Shown: positions 1-9,451, counted from the stretch's first letter. The stretch: DNA of 16,047 bases from an uncultured delta proteobacterium (GCA_963792965.1 CAWBYW010000003.1:1-16047), one strand, 5' to 3'. Numbers and translations are program-made. The notes: generated from the sequence alone by a model not told the origin.

Positions 1-1047
1 TTGCCTGTTCTTCGTTCAGTTGGTCTTTGCTGTCTGTGCGGTAGGGGGCAGCCGACCGCTCGGAGAGCCGGTTATGGTAGCTGCGGAAGTACGCCGTGAG
101 TGAGAGGATATCGGAGGGGGTGTAGCGCACGCCCGCCGGAGATCGTCTCGCGGTCCGTCGAGTAGGTCCCCATGACGGAGACAAAGCCCGGATCGACGTA
201 CTCGTAGGCGAGCAGAAACTCGAGCTCGTTCCTCAAAGGGGAAAACGAGAGGGCGGCCCACACCGCACCTCCCCACGCCGCGTCGGACGCGTGGGACCTC
301 CGGTCGGCGGTGTAGAGGCTGCCGGCCCCTCTCTCCTAAGGACGGACGCCCGTCCATCAGGGAGAGGCGTGAGGAAAACGAGAGGACGTCGTCGGCGTAG
401 TCGGACATCGAGTGCCGGGGTAGAGCTACGTGATGTCGGTGGGACGTAGGTGAGGGCAAGGTCAAGCTGCCTGATTGGCCTTGTCTCCACGCGCGCGCCG
501 TAGAAGAGGTGCTCGAAGGTATCCCTCTCTGCGTCTCGGTTGGTGCCGGCAAGGACCGAGAGCGTCACGTTCTTTGACGGGCGGAGGCTCGCCGTCACCC
601 CGAAGAGGGTGTTGTTGAAGGTATAGTTCGAAAAGTAGGCCGAAAGGTCGCCCAGGCCGACCTCGAACGTGTCGCCCGAAAGCCTCAGCCGCATATCGTT
701 GATCATCCACTGGTCACCGGGGAGGCGCTGAAGGAGTTTGTCGGTGGTATGGCGGCCCCAGAAGCTCCCCTCGAGCGTCAGGTCGTTCCCGATAGAACGC
801 CTAAAGCTGAGCCGAAGGTTTTCGGCATAGTGGAAATTGTCGCCTGTCTCGGGGTCGACGTCGAGGTTGGACAGGCCCCTGTTCCCCAGACGTCCTCATA
901 GTAGGTGTCGATGGAATAGGTTGCGCGGAGATACCCGCCGCTCTCGAATTCGGCGGAAAAGGCACTGGCGGCAAATGAGAAGAAAAAGACGCACAGGAGA
1001 AGGGATATGAATGCGGTCGTTTTCATGACGCCGGAGTGGGTCATCAT
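1..1047 (-). CDS. Exported, probably outer-membrane beta-barrel-like protein; several frameshifts; 3' end not resolvable or off-window
   Basis: Signal peptide (MKTTAFISLLLCVFFFSFAASAFS-AE). Adding one G at the C4 run 884-887 joins the 778..1047 ORF to an open frame (GNRGLSNLDVDPETGDNFHYAENLRLSFRR...QWMINDMRLRLSG) continuous with ORF 233..706. Later fragments SDYADDVLSFSSRLSL and LEFLLAYEYVDPGFVSVMG have alternating hydrophobic, strand-like patterns. The frame breaks repeatedly below ~450. Confidence 0.6.
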
Positions 1048-1081
1048 GTTCTTTTAGCTCGATACGCAATGGATGAGGGAG

Positions 1082-1110
1082 AGTATTGGGGATATCGCAG
1101 GGTTTGTCAA
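1082..1110 (-). promoter_or_regulatory. Putative sigma70 promoter for the exported protein gene
   Basis: Minus strand TTGACA (1110-1105), 17 nt spacer, AATACT (1087-1082). Confidence 0.45.
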
Positions 1111-1126
1111 GAGTAATGATAATGCG

Positions 1127-1153
1127 CGGCGGGCGACGGGAAATCGCTCGCCG
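1127..1153. other. GC-rich hairpin at the left edge of the AT-rich island
   Basis: CGGCGGGCGA-cgggaaa-TCGCTCGCCG, a 10-bp stem with one G-U pair on the + strand and no clear U-tract. Confidence 0.4.
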
Positions 1154-1378
1154 ACCCTAAGAAACCGTCTAACTGGGCAATAAGATGAATTGAAGGTATA
1201 CGAAAAGAAGTCACCTAAGACGACCTCCCCGAGAGGACGAACCGCACGGAAGATTCTTGACTTTTACACATGAACAAATTTAAATCCTATCATCGAATTT
1301 AAAGGATGTCTATAAATCACACGAATAATAGAACCCGCCATGACCGATACTGCTACATGTAGACTATCTATAACCACT

Positions 1379-2032
1379 TTACCATGGCAATCCGTTATGT
1401 TCTAAAGAGACCCGTCGGCTGGACCTTCTCAAATACTTCGCTTGCGGGAATAGGTGTATTAGCGATAAAAACCAAAGCCAGGGTAATCATAGAGTGGCAC
1501 AAGCATTAGAGTATCAATTTGATAGTAGCCAATAAAACTCAAGATTAAGCGCTAATAGCTTAACTAAGAAATATATATCTGCGGGGCCTTTTCCCTCACT
1601 TTTGTTTCTCCTACGTAATTATCAATTCTATTAATTGTAGGAGATTCACCGTACTCGTAGCTTCCCATTACCATCTTTCTTAGATAAAGTAATTGATGTA
1701 ACCTGCATGCCCATGCCTTTAACAGGAAGCCAATAAATGACCTGATCACCGCCGCTTAACATTTTCTTTATATCACCACTCTTTTTGTATCCTTTCAGTT
1801 GATCTAAACCAACCCAATAGATGACGTAATAGTTGCCTAATCTAGGATTTCCTACTCCTTCCATTCCCTTAGAACCCGTTTTCTCTTGATTAAGGACAGA
1901 TAGGGTCTTTAAGGCATCCAATGTTACCGGGTTTATGTCTTTTGGTGATATCTTTTCTTCCTGACCTTGAGCAACCAGGCCAAAGAGAAGAAGATAAATA
2001 ACTATGCTCAGCTTTGCTATATTTTTCTTCAT
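1379..2032 (-). CDS. Secreted hypothetical protein, partner of the papain-like protease (frameshifted)
   Basis: RBS GAGGTG before ATG 2032 and a signal peptide (MKKNIAKLSIVIYLLLFGLVAQG). Beyond the listed ORF end (1646), shifted frames continue as YGESPTINRIDNY..., FLVKLLALNLEFIGYYQIDTLMLVPLYDYPGFGFIANTPIPASEVFEKVQP and LEHNGLPW-TAA (stop 1379-1381). Several of the shifts fall in T homopolymers. Confidence 0.6.
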
Positions 2033-2046
2033 CTTTCACCTCATTA

Positions 2047-2622
2047 CTATTTCCTTTTAATATTGTAGTATTCGACCCAAAGTGTATGATCGGAACCGGA
2101 GTAAAATTCGCTTAGAGTTATTTTCCTGTACTCTCCTATAGAAAGTGGTAGCGGATCGAGGATATCGACATAATTAATGTTATCGTTCGTTTCATATCCT
2201 ACTAACGCCATGACATGCCCCCCCCCACCTTTCCAGCGCCACACGAAGCATATGGGGGATTTCGCAACTATTACTCTGCCTTTTTATATCATCCCAGGAA
2301 AGTGCTGTGTTGCCGGTTTTATCATACGAAAAACCGTATTTCTCGAAATGAGGCCAACCCCCATTAACGCAGGGACTTGGTGTAGTATTTTGGCAGCAGT
2401 CTCTCCTACTAAAGAGATCATTAGCTTGTATGCATTGTGGAATATTTGTTCCCAGGTAATCCATAGCCATTTCGGCGCTGCGGCCCAGCACCACATTTCA
2501 GTTTCCTGAGGATGTAACATCACTTTTAGTGGGGCTGCCATGACCGGCACAGCCAAAAAGCTTAAGCCCATTATTATCGACACAACTACAAGAGAGATTC
2601 CTATCCATTTTCCTCTATCCAT
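2047..2622 (-). CDS. Secreted papain-fold cysteine peptidase (C39-like/AvrRpt2-like), split by two single-base frameshifts
   Basis: Three overlapping ORFs stitch together: signal peptide + PQETEMWCWAA(S)AEMAMDYLG..QC.QAN...CC......CVNGGWP (shift near 2480) + PICFVWRWKGGGGHVMALVGY...ILDP (shift near the G5 run 2254-2258). Oxyanion Gln and the catalytic Cys/His/Asp appear in papain-clan order. Confidence 0.8.
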
Positions 2623-2877
2623 CTTTAACTCCTATTTCCTAATCCCTTATTAAGGCTCTAAAAGTCAGAATATGGACGGCATCAGAATGAAGTTCTTAAG
2701 ACAATACTTAGAAGACATACCCCGTAGACTCCATGTTGATACTATCGTTCACACGTAAGGTAGAAGGGTCCGGAACATCTACAGGGGATCCTATTATTGT
2801 ATCGCTCATATTTCTCATTCTCACCGTATCGTTTCCGCTTGAACGTGTGATTTGACACAGTATTGTTTTCTTTGGCT

Positions 2878-3369
2878 CTATTTTGGAGTCACTTTGACCC
2901 AATGGATCCCATCATCATCAAGTCGATAATTCCCCATCTCTAAACCATATGGCTTACTAATGGTATTTGCCTTCAACGGAGCTGCTCCCGGACCTCCCGG
3001 CCCAGCTGGACCAAGAATTCCAACTTGTGCTAAAGCAGTTATTATGTTCCCCAGAGTTGTGAGGATTGCTGTCGAATCCAAGTTCGATGTAAGATTTGTT
3101 ATCTGGCCCTTTTCTGTGAGCGTAATATTAAAAGCATTCGTGGATAAAATTGCAACCGGCTTTATGTCGTACGCTTGTGTATAATCTGGCCAGTATTCTA
3201 TCGTTGCGTCCTTTTCACCTACCAGGAGGTACATTCTAAGTGGGATTACGCGTATTCCATCCGAGTCTTTGGAAAAATCTTTTACCTTACTGGTCGCTAA
3301 GGTGGCACATCCCGCAAAGGAAATAGCCATAAAAACACATAAGATGATAAATACAAATAGTCTCTTCAT
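2878..3369 (-). CDS. Hypothetical lipoprotein
   Basis: RBS AGGAGG upstream of ATG 3369. Lipoprotein signal MKRLFVFIILCVFMAISFAG-C; beta-rich core followed by an amphipathic helix and a GPAGPGGPGAAP linker. Confidence 0.75.
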   Translation of the reverse strand: MKRLFVFIILCVFMAISFAGCATLATSKVKDFSKDSDGIRVIPLRMYLLVGEKDATIEYWPDYTQAYDIKPVAILSTNAFNITLTEKGQITNLTSNLDSTAILTTLGNIITALAQVGILGPAGPGGPGAAPLKANTISKPYGLEMGNYRLDDDGIHWVKVTPK

Positions 3370-3587
3370 TTTCGTCCTCCTAACTTTGCCTTTTATCCGT
3401 ATTTGATTCGGATAGGGAAGATTCCTAATGATAAAAACTTCGGGATTTTTAATTACAGTATAGGTTGACCGTTCTTAGGAGGCAAGTCAAGCGAATATTA
3501 TGTATGCAAATGTAATAGTTATTGATGGTAAATGGGGAGTGGCGGAAAAAGTGAAGATAAGGAAGAGATATCGATATGTTAAGAGTA

Positions 3588-3617
3588 TTGACAGTTATAG
3601 CATAATTTAACTATCAA
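3588..3617. promoter_or_regulatory. Inverted repeat, operator-like site upstream of the island genes
   Basis: TTGACAGTTA-N10-TAACTATCAA (9 of 10 positions complementary). Confidence 0.35.
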
Positions 3618-3767
3618 GTTGTAATCTGTTCGCCATTATACATAATGCATTTCGTATCGCTGTCTCTTCAGAATAGGCGAACCTGCCCCGTCACCGCATG
3701 TCCATCGGCGGTCGAATGAGGTGTCCAAGGCGCGCATGCCGTTCTTTCGGTCTTAACGAGACGTGCC

Positions 3768-6437
3768 CTAGAACTCAATCGTCAATGCCTCTCCGGCCTG
3801 AATCGTCGTCGGTGCGTCGAGCACCACGGCGATGCCGTCTTTCTCCGACTCGACGTGTCCGGAAAGCTTCTCTTTGCCCTTGAGGATATTGGCCGGGTCC
3901 GCCGGCTTACCGACGGCGAGCGAGAGGCGCCTTAGCTCGAGGGTGCCGTAAAGGACCGAGAGCTCAACCCGGACGTCCTTTCCCGTCACCTTTTGCGAGA
4001 AGGTCCCCCAGCCCGTCCCGGTCGACCAGAAGGTCCTGAAATCATCCGGGGTCAGCTTCGGGGCAAAGCCGTAGGCGCGGCCGGGCGCGTCAAACGAGAA
4101 GCCCGAGAGGGTGAGCACGAGCCCCCAGTTGGCCAGCGCCCGGATATAGTGGTTTCCGCACTCGACCTCGTTGAAGGGATTGCGGTACCTCCCGTCGTAG
4201 CGGAGCCTGATCCCCCGCACGATCGAGAGTCCCTCCTCCAGAAATCCCTCGCCGATCAGGTGGACGGCCACCTGGTACTCGAACCCCGTCATCACCTCGT
4301 CGGCATAGACGAACGGGAGGCGCGGGCGGCCGCCTTTGGGCCAGCTGCAGATGAGGAGGCCCGGCTCCCCCTCGGTGGCAAAGACGCGGTCCGGGTTGGC
4401 GTGCCCGGTGAGGTCGGGCGTCCAGTTATACTCGAATATCGAGGCCAGAGCCTTCCTCACGTGTTTCTCGTCAAAGAGCCTGCCCATCCCGAAGAGGCGC
4501 GCCAGCGCCTCGCCGAAGAGCTGATCGGAAAGGCACCCCTCCCCGAACTGGTACTTCGGATCGCCGCGCTCGTCCTTCTCCTGCCCGCCCATGCTGATAT
4601 CCGTCGGGATCGGGGAGAGCCTGTCGGCGTCGGGGTAGACTCTCTGGATGTAGAACTCCCCGTTGAAGAGCTCGGCGTCCATCCACGCCGCCCCGCGCCG
4701 GGCGATCGCCTCATACTCGGCCGCGGCTTCCTCTTCGCCCATGATCCGCGCCATCTTCGCGCCCGCCAGCAGCGCCCCGACGTAGAGGCTCCCCATCATC
4801 GTGTTGGGCCCGTAGAACTCGATGTCGTAGGTGTTGTGTTGGAGCCCCTCCATGACCCCGTCCTTGTCTGCGTCCCAGTATAGCCAGGCGTACTCGAGGG
4901 ATTTCTTGACCGCGGGCCAGAGCGATTTCAGCCACGCGTCGTCGCCGGTGAGCATATAGTCGCGCCAGATCCGCATGACGCCGCCCATCTGGCCGTCGGC
5001 CGCCGGGTGGAAGAGCTCTCCCAGCCCCGCCGTCCCGCCGACGGTGCCCTCCTGCGCCTTGACACCGAGCGGCACGGAGGTCCGAAAGGCGACCCTCCCG
5101 TCGTCCATGACGTTATAGCGATATTCGGCCTCCCGCATCGATCGCTCAAGAGTCGGGAAGAGGAAGGCGAGCGTCTGCGCGTAGTTCCAGACGTGGGTGC
5201 ACGACCCCTCGCAGCAGCCGTCGTTCGCGTGGCACCCCTCAAACGTGTAGAAGGTGCCGTCTTCCAAGACGATGCAGGAGGTCGACCGGATCGTCGCAAT
5301 CTGGCTCGATACGGCGTCCAGCACGTAGTCGGGCAGCGTCGAGGAAAAGAGGGCGTCGTGAAATCGCCGAGTTTCGGCGTGGAGCCGGTCGTGCTCGCGG
5401 GCCAGGAAGACGGCGACGGACAACGCGTCGGGGAACCGCTTGGCGTAGTGATTCGTCCAGCGGGGTTTGTGTGTGACGGCCGTACCGTCGGTCCCCGTCT
5501 CGGTCACGTCCGGCCGCCAGTAGGCCTCCATCGTTGGAAACGACCAGGTTAAAAAAAGGGGAAGCGTGACGCTTTTTCCCGGCTCCACCACGGTTTTCAT
5601 CCCGAGGGTCGCGATATCTCCCACGAGCGGCGGGTAGGTCCGGTCAACCACCTCGCCCGTCATGGAGACCTCGTTCCAGAAGGTCAGGAGGTTCTCGAAC
5701 CACGCCCCGCGGATCCAGGCCCGGGCGTAGGTTACTGCTTTGTGCGTGGTGAAGATACCCATCGAGCCGTGGCGGGGCGATTCGGGCTTCTGCTTCACCG
5801 ACCCCATGAAGATGCCCTGCACCCCCTCCTTTTGGACGAACTCATTGTAATTGGTGAAGTCGCCGTCGACGACATTGTGCATGTTGAAAAGCACCGTCGC
5901 CGAGACGGGAACGGCCCCGGGATTTCTCAGTTCGAAAAGAAAGATCGCGGCGGGGATGGAGCTGTCCGCGACGTTGTGGGGGACCAGCGGATTATAGGCG
6001 GTCATCGTCACCGAGAGCGGGACATCGGGGTCCTCAAAAGATATCGCCGCAAAGGGGTACTCGCCCAAGAAGCGCGCCCGCCTCATGTGGGGCAGGCCCC
6101 TGCCGAGGAGCCGGTTCGTCCCGAATCCCGATCCGGTGAAAAGGCCCGGCCCCGTCCCCGCAAGCGACCGCATGGGCCGCTCGGCCAGCACCTTCGTGAC
6201 GGGTGCTTTCCCCTCTTCTTTTGCCCACAGGGTGAAGAAGGAGAAGGTGTTGAAGCTCCCCTTGTTGGGGCGGTTCTGGATCTCCCAGTCGATCAGCTCC
6301 CCACGGCCGGTCAGCGATATCGTGCCGGTGCCGATCCCGCCCAGCGGGAAAGCAACCTCATCGAGATACCGGCCTTCCTTCGGCGCGGGTCGGCCGAGTG
6401 TCATGAGGGCCTTTTTCGGATAGCTTTTCATCTCCAT
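3768..6437 (-). CDS. GH116 family glycoside hydrolase (non-lysosomal glucosylceramidase/beta-glucosidase-like)
   Basis: N-terminal FPLGGIGTG...G.L.DWEI.N and GEYPFA...SSIPAAIF motifs. Catalytic-domain motifs FEGC...CTHVWNYAQ, AADGQMG, HNTYDIEF, GCLSDQL, EVMTGFEY, NPFNEVECGNHY.RA. Start moved from TTG 6497 to ATG 6437 (or 6431) because an extended -10 lies at 6462-6470. Confidence 0.93.
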   Translation of the reverse strand: MEMKSYPKKALMTLGRPAPKEGRYLDEVAFPLGGIGTGTISLTGRGELIDWEIQNRPNKGSFNTFSFFTLWAKEEGKAPVTKVLAERPMRSLAGTGPGLFTGSGFGTNRLLGRGLPHMRRARFLGEYPFAAISFEDPDVPLSVTMTAYNPLVPHNVADSSIPAAIFLFELRNPGAVPVSATVLFNMHNVVDGDFTNYNEFVQKEGVQGIFMGSVKQKPESPRHGSMGIFTTHKAVTYARAWIRGAWFENLLTFWNEVSMTGEVVDRTYPPLVGDIATLGMKTVVEPGKSVTLPLFLTWSFPTMEAYWRPDVTETGTDGTAVTHKPRWTNHYAKRFPDALSVAVFLAREHDRLHAETRRFHDALFSSTLPDYVLDAVSSQIATIRSTSCIVLEDGTFYTFEGCHANDGCCEGSCTHVWNYAQTLAFLFPTLERSMREAEYRYNVMDDGRVAFRTSVPLGVKAQEGTVGGTAGLGELFHPAADGQMGGVMRIWRDYMLTGDDAWLKSLWPAVKKSLEYAWLYWDADKDGVMEGLQHNTYDIEFYGPNTMMGSLYVGALLAGAKMARIMGEEEAAAEYEAIARRGAAWMDAELFNGEFYIQRVYPDADRLSPIPTDISMGGQEKDERGDPKYQFGEGCLSDQLFGEALARLFGMGRLFDEKHVRKALASIFEYNWTPDLTGHANPDRVFATEGEPGLLICSWPKGGRPRLPFVYADEVMTGFEYQVAVHLIGEGFLEEGLSIVRGIRLRYDGRYRNPFNEVECGNHYIRALANWGLVLTLSGFSFDAPGRAYGFAPKLTPDDFRTFWSTGTGWGTFSQKVTGKDVRVELSVLYGTLELRRLSLAVGKPADPANILKGKEKLSGHVESEKDGIAVVLDAPTTIQAGEALTIEF

Positions 6438-6461
6438 GGGCTCCTGTGTGAGATTTCCGGT

Positions 6462-6470
6462 ACTATACCA
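6462..6470 (-). promoter_or_regulatory. Extended -10 promoter of the GH116 gene
   Basis: Minus strand TG-G-TATAGT about 25 nt upstream of ATG 6437. Confidence 0.45.
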
Positions 6471-6521
6471 TATCTTTCGCGCGGAATCCCTCCCCAATTT
6501 TGGCCGCGTCTGAAAAAACCC

Positions 6522-6550
6522 TTGAATATCGCCACTCTATCAGATAAAAT
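6522..6550 (+). promoter_or_regulatory. sigma70 promoter of the ilvB operon
   Basis: TTGAAT (6522-6527), 17 nt spacer, TAAAAT (6545-6550). Confidence 0.6.
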
Positions 6551-6595
6551 TACTAAACTGTACCCTCAACCATATCCCCCACAGTCGGGTTTGTC

Positions 6596-8236
6596 ATGGT
6601 AAAGATGCGCGGCGCGGACATTCTGATCAAGGCCCTGATCTCGGAAGGAGTCGACGTGGCCTTCGGCTATCCCGGAGGGGCGATCCTCCCGCTCTACGAC
6701 CGGCTCTGCGATAGCCCTATCAGGCACATCCTGGTGCGCCATGAGCAGGGAGCGGCGCACATGGCCGACGGTTACGCCCGCGCCTCGGGCAAGGTCGGCG
6801 TGGCCATCGCCACCAGCGGCCCCGGCTCCACGAACCTCGTCACGGGCCTTGCCACGGCCTACCTTGACTCCTCGTCCGTCGTGGCGATCACGGGGCAGGT
6901 GGAGCGGCGCTTCATCGGCACCGACGCCTTCCAGGAGGTGGACATCGTCGGGATCACCATGCCCATCACGAAACACAACGAGCATATCATGTCGGCCCGC
7001 GACATCTACGGCTCGGTGAAGCTTGCCTTTCACCTGGCCCGCAGCGGCCGCCCCGGCCCCGTACTTTTGGACATCCCCAAGGACGTACTGGAGGAAGAGG
7101 CGACGTTTGACCCCAACGAGGAGGTGACCGTCGAGGGGTATAACCCCGTCGTCGAGGGTCACCTCGGCCAGATCAAGCGGGCGGCAAAGCTGCTGGGCTC
7201 GGCAAAGTCGCCGGTTATCGTGGCGGGCGGCGGCGTGCTCAAGGCGCGGGCGACAGACGAGCTTATCCGTCTCTCGCGCCTCTTGTCCGCGCCGATCCTG
7301 ACCACCCTCATGGGAAAATCGGGCGTGCCGCAGGACTTCGAATATTACCTCGGCATGATCGGGATGCACGGCTCGCGGGCCGCGGTCGAAACGCTGCAGC
7401 GGGCCGACGTGGTGGCGGCGGTCGGTGCGCGCTTCGGGGACCGGGCGGTCCTCTCGTATAAAAAATTCGAGAAGCTTGCCCGCTTCGTCCAGATCGATAT
7501 CGACCCCGCCGAGATCGAAAAGACCGTCGCGGTGGATATCCCCATCGTCGGCGACGCCAAAAAGGTCCTCCATGAGCTCAATAACCGCCTCGCCAAGGAT
7601 GAGGAGCTGACCGGCCGCGCGAAGCGACAGCCCCTGGGCGGCCCCGAGCGCTATGAAGGGGAGGGGCCCCTTTCCATCCCCGGGGCGATTCAGCACCTCT
7701 CGGACATGGAGCGCGACTTCATCGTCGTGACGGACGTGGGCCGCCACCAGATCTGGGCCGCAAAATACTACAACAGCCCACGGCTTCCGATCGGGCTTTT
7801 TTTGACCTCGGGGGGACTCGGGACGATGGGGTTCGGGCTTCCCGCCGCCCTCGGCGCGAAGCTCGCGCAGCCGGAAAAGCAGGTCGTTTTGATTTCCGGA
7901 GACGGAAGCTTTCTCATGAATATCCAGGAGCTTGCCACTTCCTCACATCATCATATCCCGATCCTTGCCGTCGTCATGAACGACCGACACCTCGGCATGA
8001 TCCGCCAGCTCCAGGACGCGTTCTACAAAGAGAAGCATGTCGAGTGCGCCTTTCCTGCCAACGTCAACTACGTGGACGTGGCGCGCGCCATGGGGCTCGA
8101 CGGGGCGCGGGTGACCGATATGGGTCAGCTCACGGACGCCGTCGCGCGCGGGCTCGCATCGGAGGCCGCCTTCGTGATCGAGTGCATCATCGAGTCCCAG
8201 GAGAATATCCCCTATCAATCCTATGACGAGTGGTAA
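6596..8236 (+). CDS. ilvB: Acetolactate synthase large (catalytic) subunit
   Basis: FGYPGGAILP, RHEQGAAHMADGYARASG, TSGPGSTN, GTDAFQEVD, GMIGMHG, DVGRHQIW, SGGLGTMGFGLPAA and the ThDP motif GDGSF...MND..LGMIRQ. Confidence 0.96.
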   Translation: MVKMRGADILIKALISEGVDVAFGYPGGAILPLYDRLCDSPIRHILVRHEQGAAHMADGYARASGKVGVAIATSGPGSTNLVTGLATAYLDSSSVVAITGQVERRFIGTDAFQEVDIVGITMPITKHNEHIMSARDIYGSVKLAFHLARSGRPGPVLLDIPKDVLEEEATFDPNEEVTVEGYNPVVEGHLGQIKRAAKLLGSAKSPVIVAGGGVLKARATDELIRLSRLLSAPILTTLMGKSGVPQDFEYYLGMIGMHGSRAAVETLQRADVVAAVGARFGDRAVLSYKKFEKLARFVQIDIDPAEIEKTVAVDIPIVGDAKKVLHELNNRLAKDEELTGRAKRQPLGGPERYEGEGPLSIPGAIQHLSDMERDFIVVTDVGRHQIWAAKYYNSPRLPIGLFLTSGGLGTMGFGLPAALGAKLAQPEKQVVLISGDGSFLMNIQELATSSHHHIPILAVVMNDRHLGMIRQLQDAFYKEKHVECAFPANVNYVDVARAMGLDGARVTDMGQLTDAVARGLASEAAFVIECIIESQENIPYQSYDEW

Positions 8237-8247
8237 AGGAGACAGGA

Positions 8248-8766
8248 ATGCAGAAGATCATCTCGATCCTGGTCGAGGACAAGCCGGGCGTCCTCATGCG
8301 GATCGCCGGGCTCTTCTACCGCAGGGGATTTAACATCGATGCCCTCTCGGTGGGGAGCACGGAGACGGTCGGCAAGAGCCGCTTTACTATCACCGTCAAC
8401 GGCGATGAGGCCCAGCTCGAGCAGGTCAGAAAGCAGGTGCATAAGCTGTTGAGCGTGCATCGAACCGCCGAGCACGACAGCAAGAGCTCGGAGCTCCGCG
8501 AATATGCGCTCATCAAGATCAACTTCACCGAGAGCACCAAGACCGAGATCTCACACCTCGTCGATTTTTTCGGAGGAAGGATCATCGATATCTTTGAGGG
8601 TGCCGCCATCATCGAGATCGCCGAGGAAGAATCACGCATCGACGCGCTCCTGGAGCGGCTGACCCCCTACGGGATCATCGAGTCGCTCAGGACGGGAAAG
8701 GTGTCGATGTATCGCGGCAAGAAGTCGCTCAACGCCCCCGGCAAGGTGATCAAGCTTACGGGATAG
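8248..8766 (+). CDS. ilvN: Acetolactate synthase small regulatory subunit (copy 1)
   Basis: ACT domain ISILVEDKPGVLMRIAGLFYRRGFNIDALSVG...SRFTI and C-terminal REYALIK...PYGIIESLRTG. ATG 8248 follows AAGGAG. Confidence 0.92.
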   Translation: MQKIISILVEDKPGVLMRIAGLFYRRGFNIDALSVGSTETVGKSRFTITVNGDEAQLEQVRKQVHKLLSVHRTAEHDSKSSELREYALIKINFTESTKTEISHLVDFFGGRIIDIFEGAAIIEIAEEESRIDALLERLTPYGIIESLRTGKVSMYRGKKSLNAPGKVIKLTG

Positions 8767-8818
8767 CGGGGATCAACGATTGCGCGAGGTGAAGGGGACC
8801 CAAGAAAGGACGTGAACT

Positions 8819-9373
8819 ATGGATAAGAAAATGGACCGGATCATGAGGATCTATCCGAAAGAGGAGGAAAAGGAATATACCCTTTACATCCTCTGCGAGA
8901 ATAAGCCCGGCGTCACCGCCAACGTCAGCAACGTCATCTCACGCCGGGGATTCAACATCACCTCCTTCATCGGCGCCAGCACGATGACCGATGACGTCTA
9001 TAAGATCATCATCAAGCTCTACGCCACCCCGACGGGGCTCAAAGGGATCGTCAAGCAGATCGCAAAGCTCATCAACATCATTGAAGTCAAGGACTCCATG
9101 GCCGACCAGTTCATTGAATACGAGATGGTCATGGTGAAGCTCACCTATTCGCCCCAGACCCACGGGGATATCTTCCAGGTCGTCAACCACTATTTCGGCG
9201 AAATCGTCGACCTCCACGACGACAAGCTCACCGTCGCCTTCACCGGTACGCCGCAGAAGCTCAACACGATCCTTGCGCTCATCAGGCATTTCGGAATCCT
9301 CGATATCGTCAAGTCCGGGATCGCCGTTATGAAGAAGCAGGAGCAAAACGACGTGAACGGGTCGTCCGCATAG
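8819..9373 (+). CDS. Second, divergent acetolactate synthase small-subunit homolog
   Basis: ILCENKPGVTANVSNVISRRGFNITSF..., KQIAKLINIIEV, EMVMVKL, IVD, TGTPQKL, FGILDIVKSG: the full IlvN/IlvH layout with a short N-terminal extension. Confidence 0.85.
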   Translation: MDKKMDRIMRIYPKEEEKEYTLYILCENKPGVTANVSNVISRRGFNITSFIGASTMTDDVYKIIIKLYATPTGLKGIVKQIAKLINIIEVKDSMADQFIEYEMVMVKLTYSPQTHGDIFQVVNHYFGEIVDLHDDKLTVAFTGTPQKLNTILALIRHFGILDIVKSGIAVMKKQEQNDVNGSSA

Positions 9374-9451
9374 TCTGACGGGCCCGGGCGTCCTTGCCGT
9401 GCGCGCCGCTCCCTCTACTCGCATCGCCATCACGTTAGGGATTCATATCAT

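Larger units (their letters stand above)
1180..3660. other. AT-rich, probably horizontally acquired island (approximate boundaries)
   Basis: Abrupt switch to AT-rich sequence and A/T-ending codons compared with the G/C-ending codons of the flanking genes. No integrase, transposase or clear att repeat seen. Confidence 0.7.

Noticed and set aside
2708-2902. 64-aa TTG-start ORF overlapping the lipoprotein end
   Set aside because: No RBS or recognisable motif. It could be a frameshifted tail of the lipoprotein, but I cannot support that from the sequence.
6551-6595. Leader-peptide attenuator or T-box ahead of ilvB
   Set aside because: The leader is only ~40 nt, with no Ile/Leu/Val-rich mini-ORF or terminator.
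3993-7747. Long alternative-strand ORFs (3993..4883, 5007..5552, 5742..6602, 6566..7747)
   Set aside because: Antisense shadows of GH116 and ilvB caused by GC-rich codon bias; no motifs.
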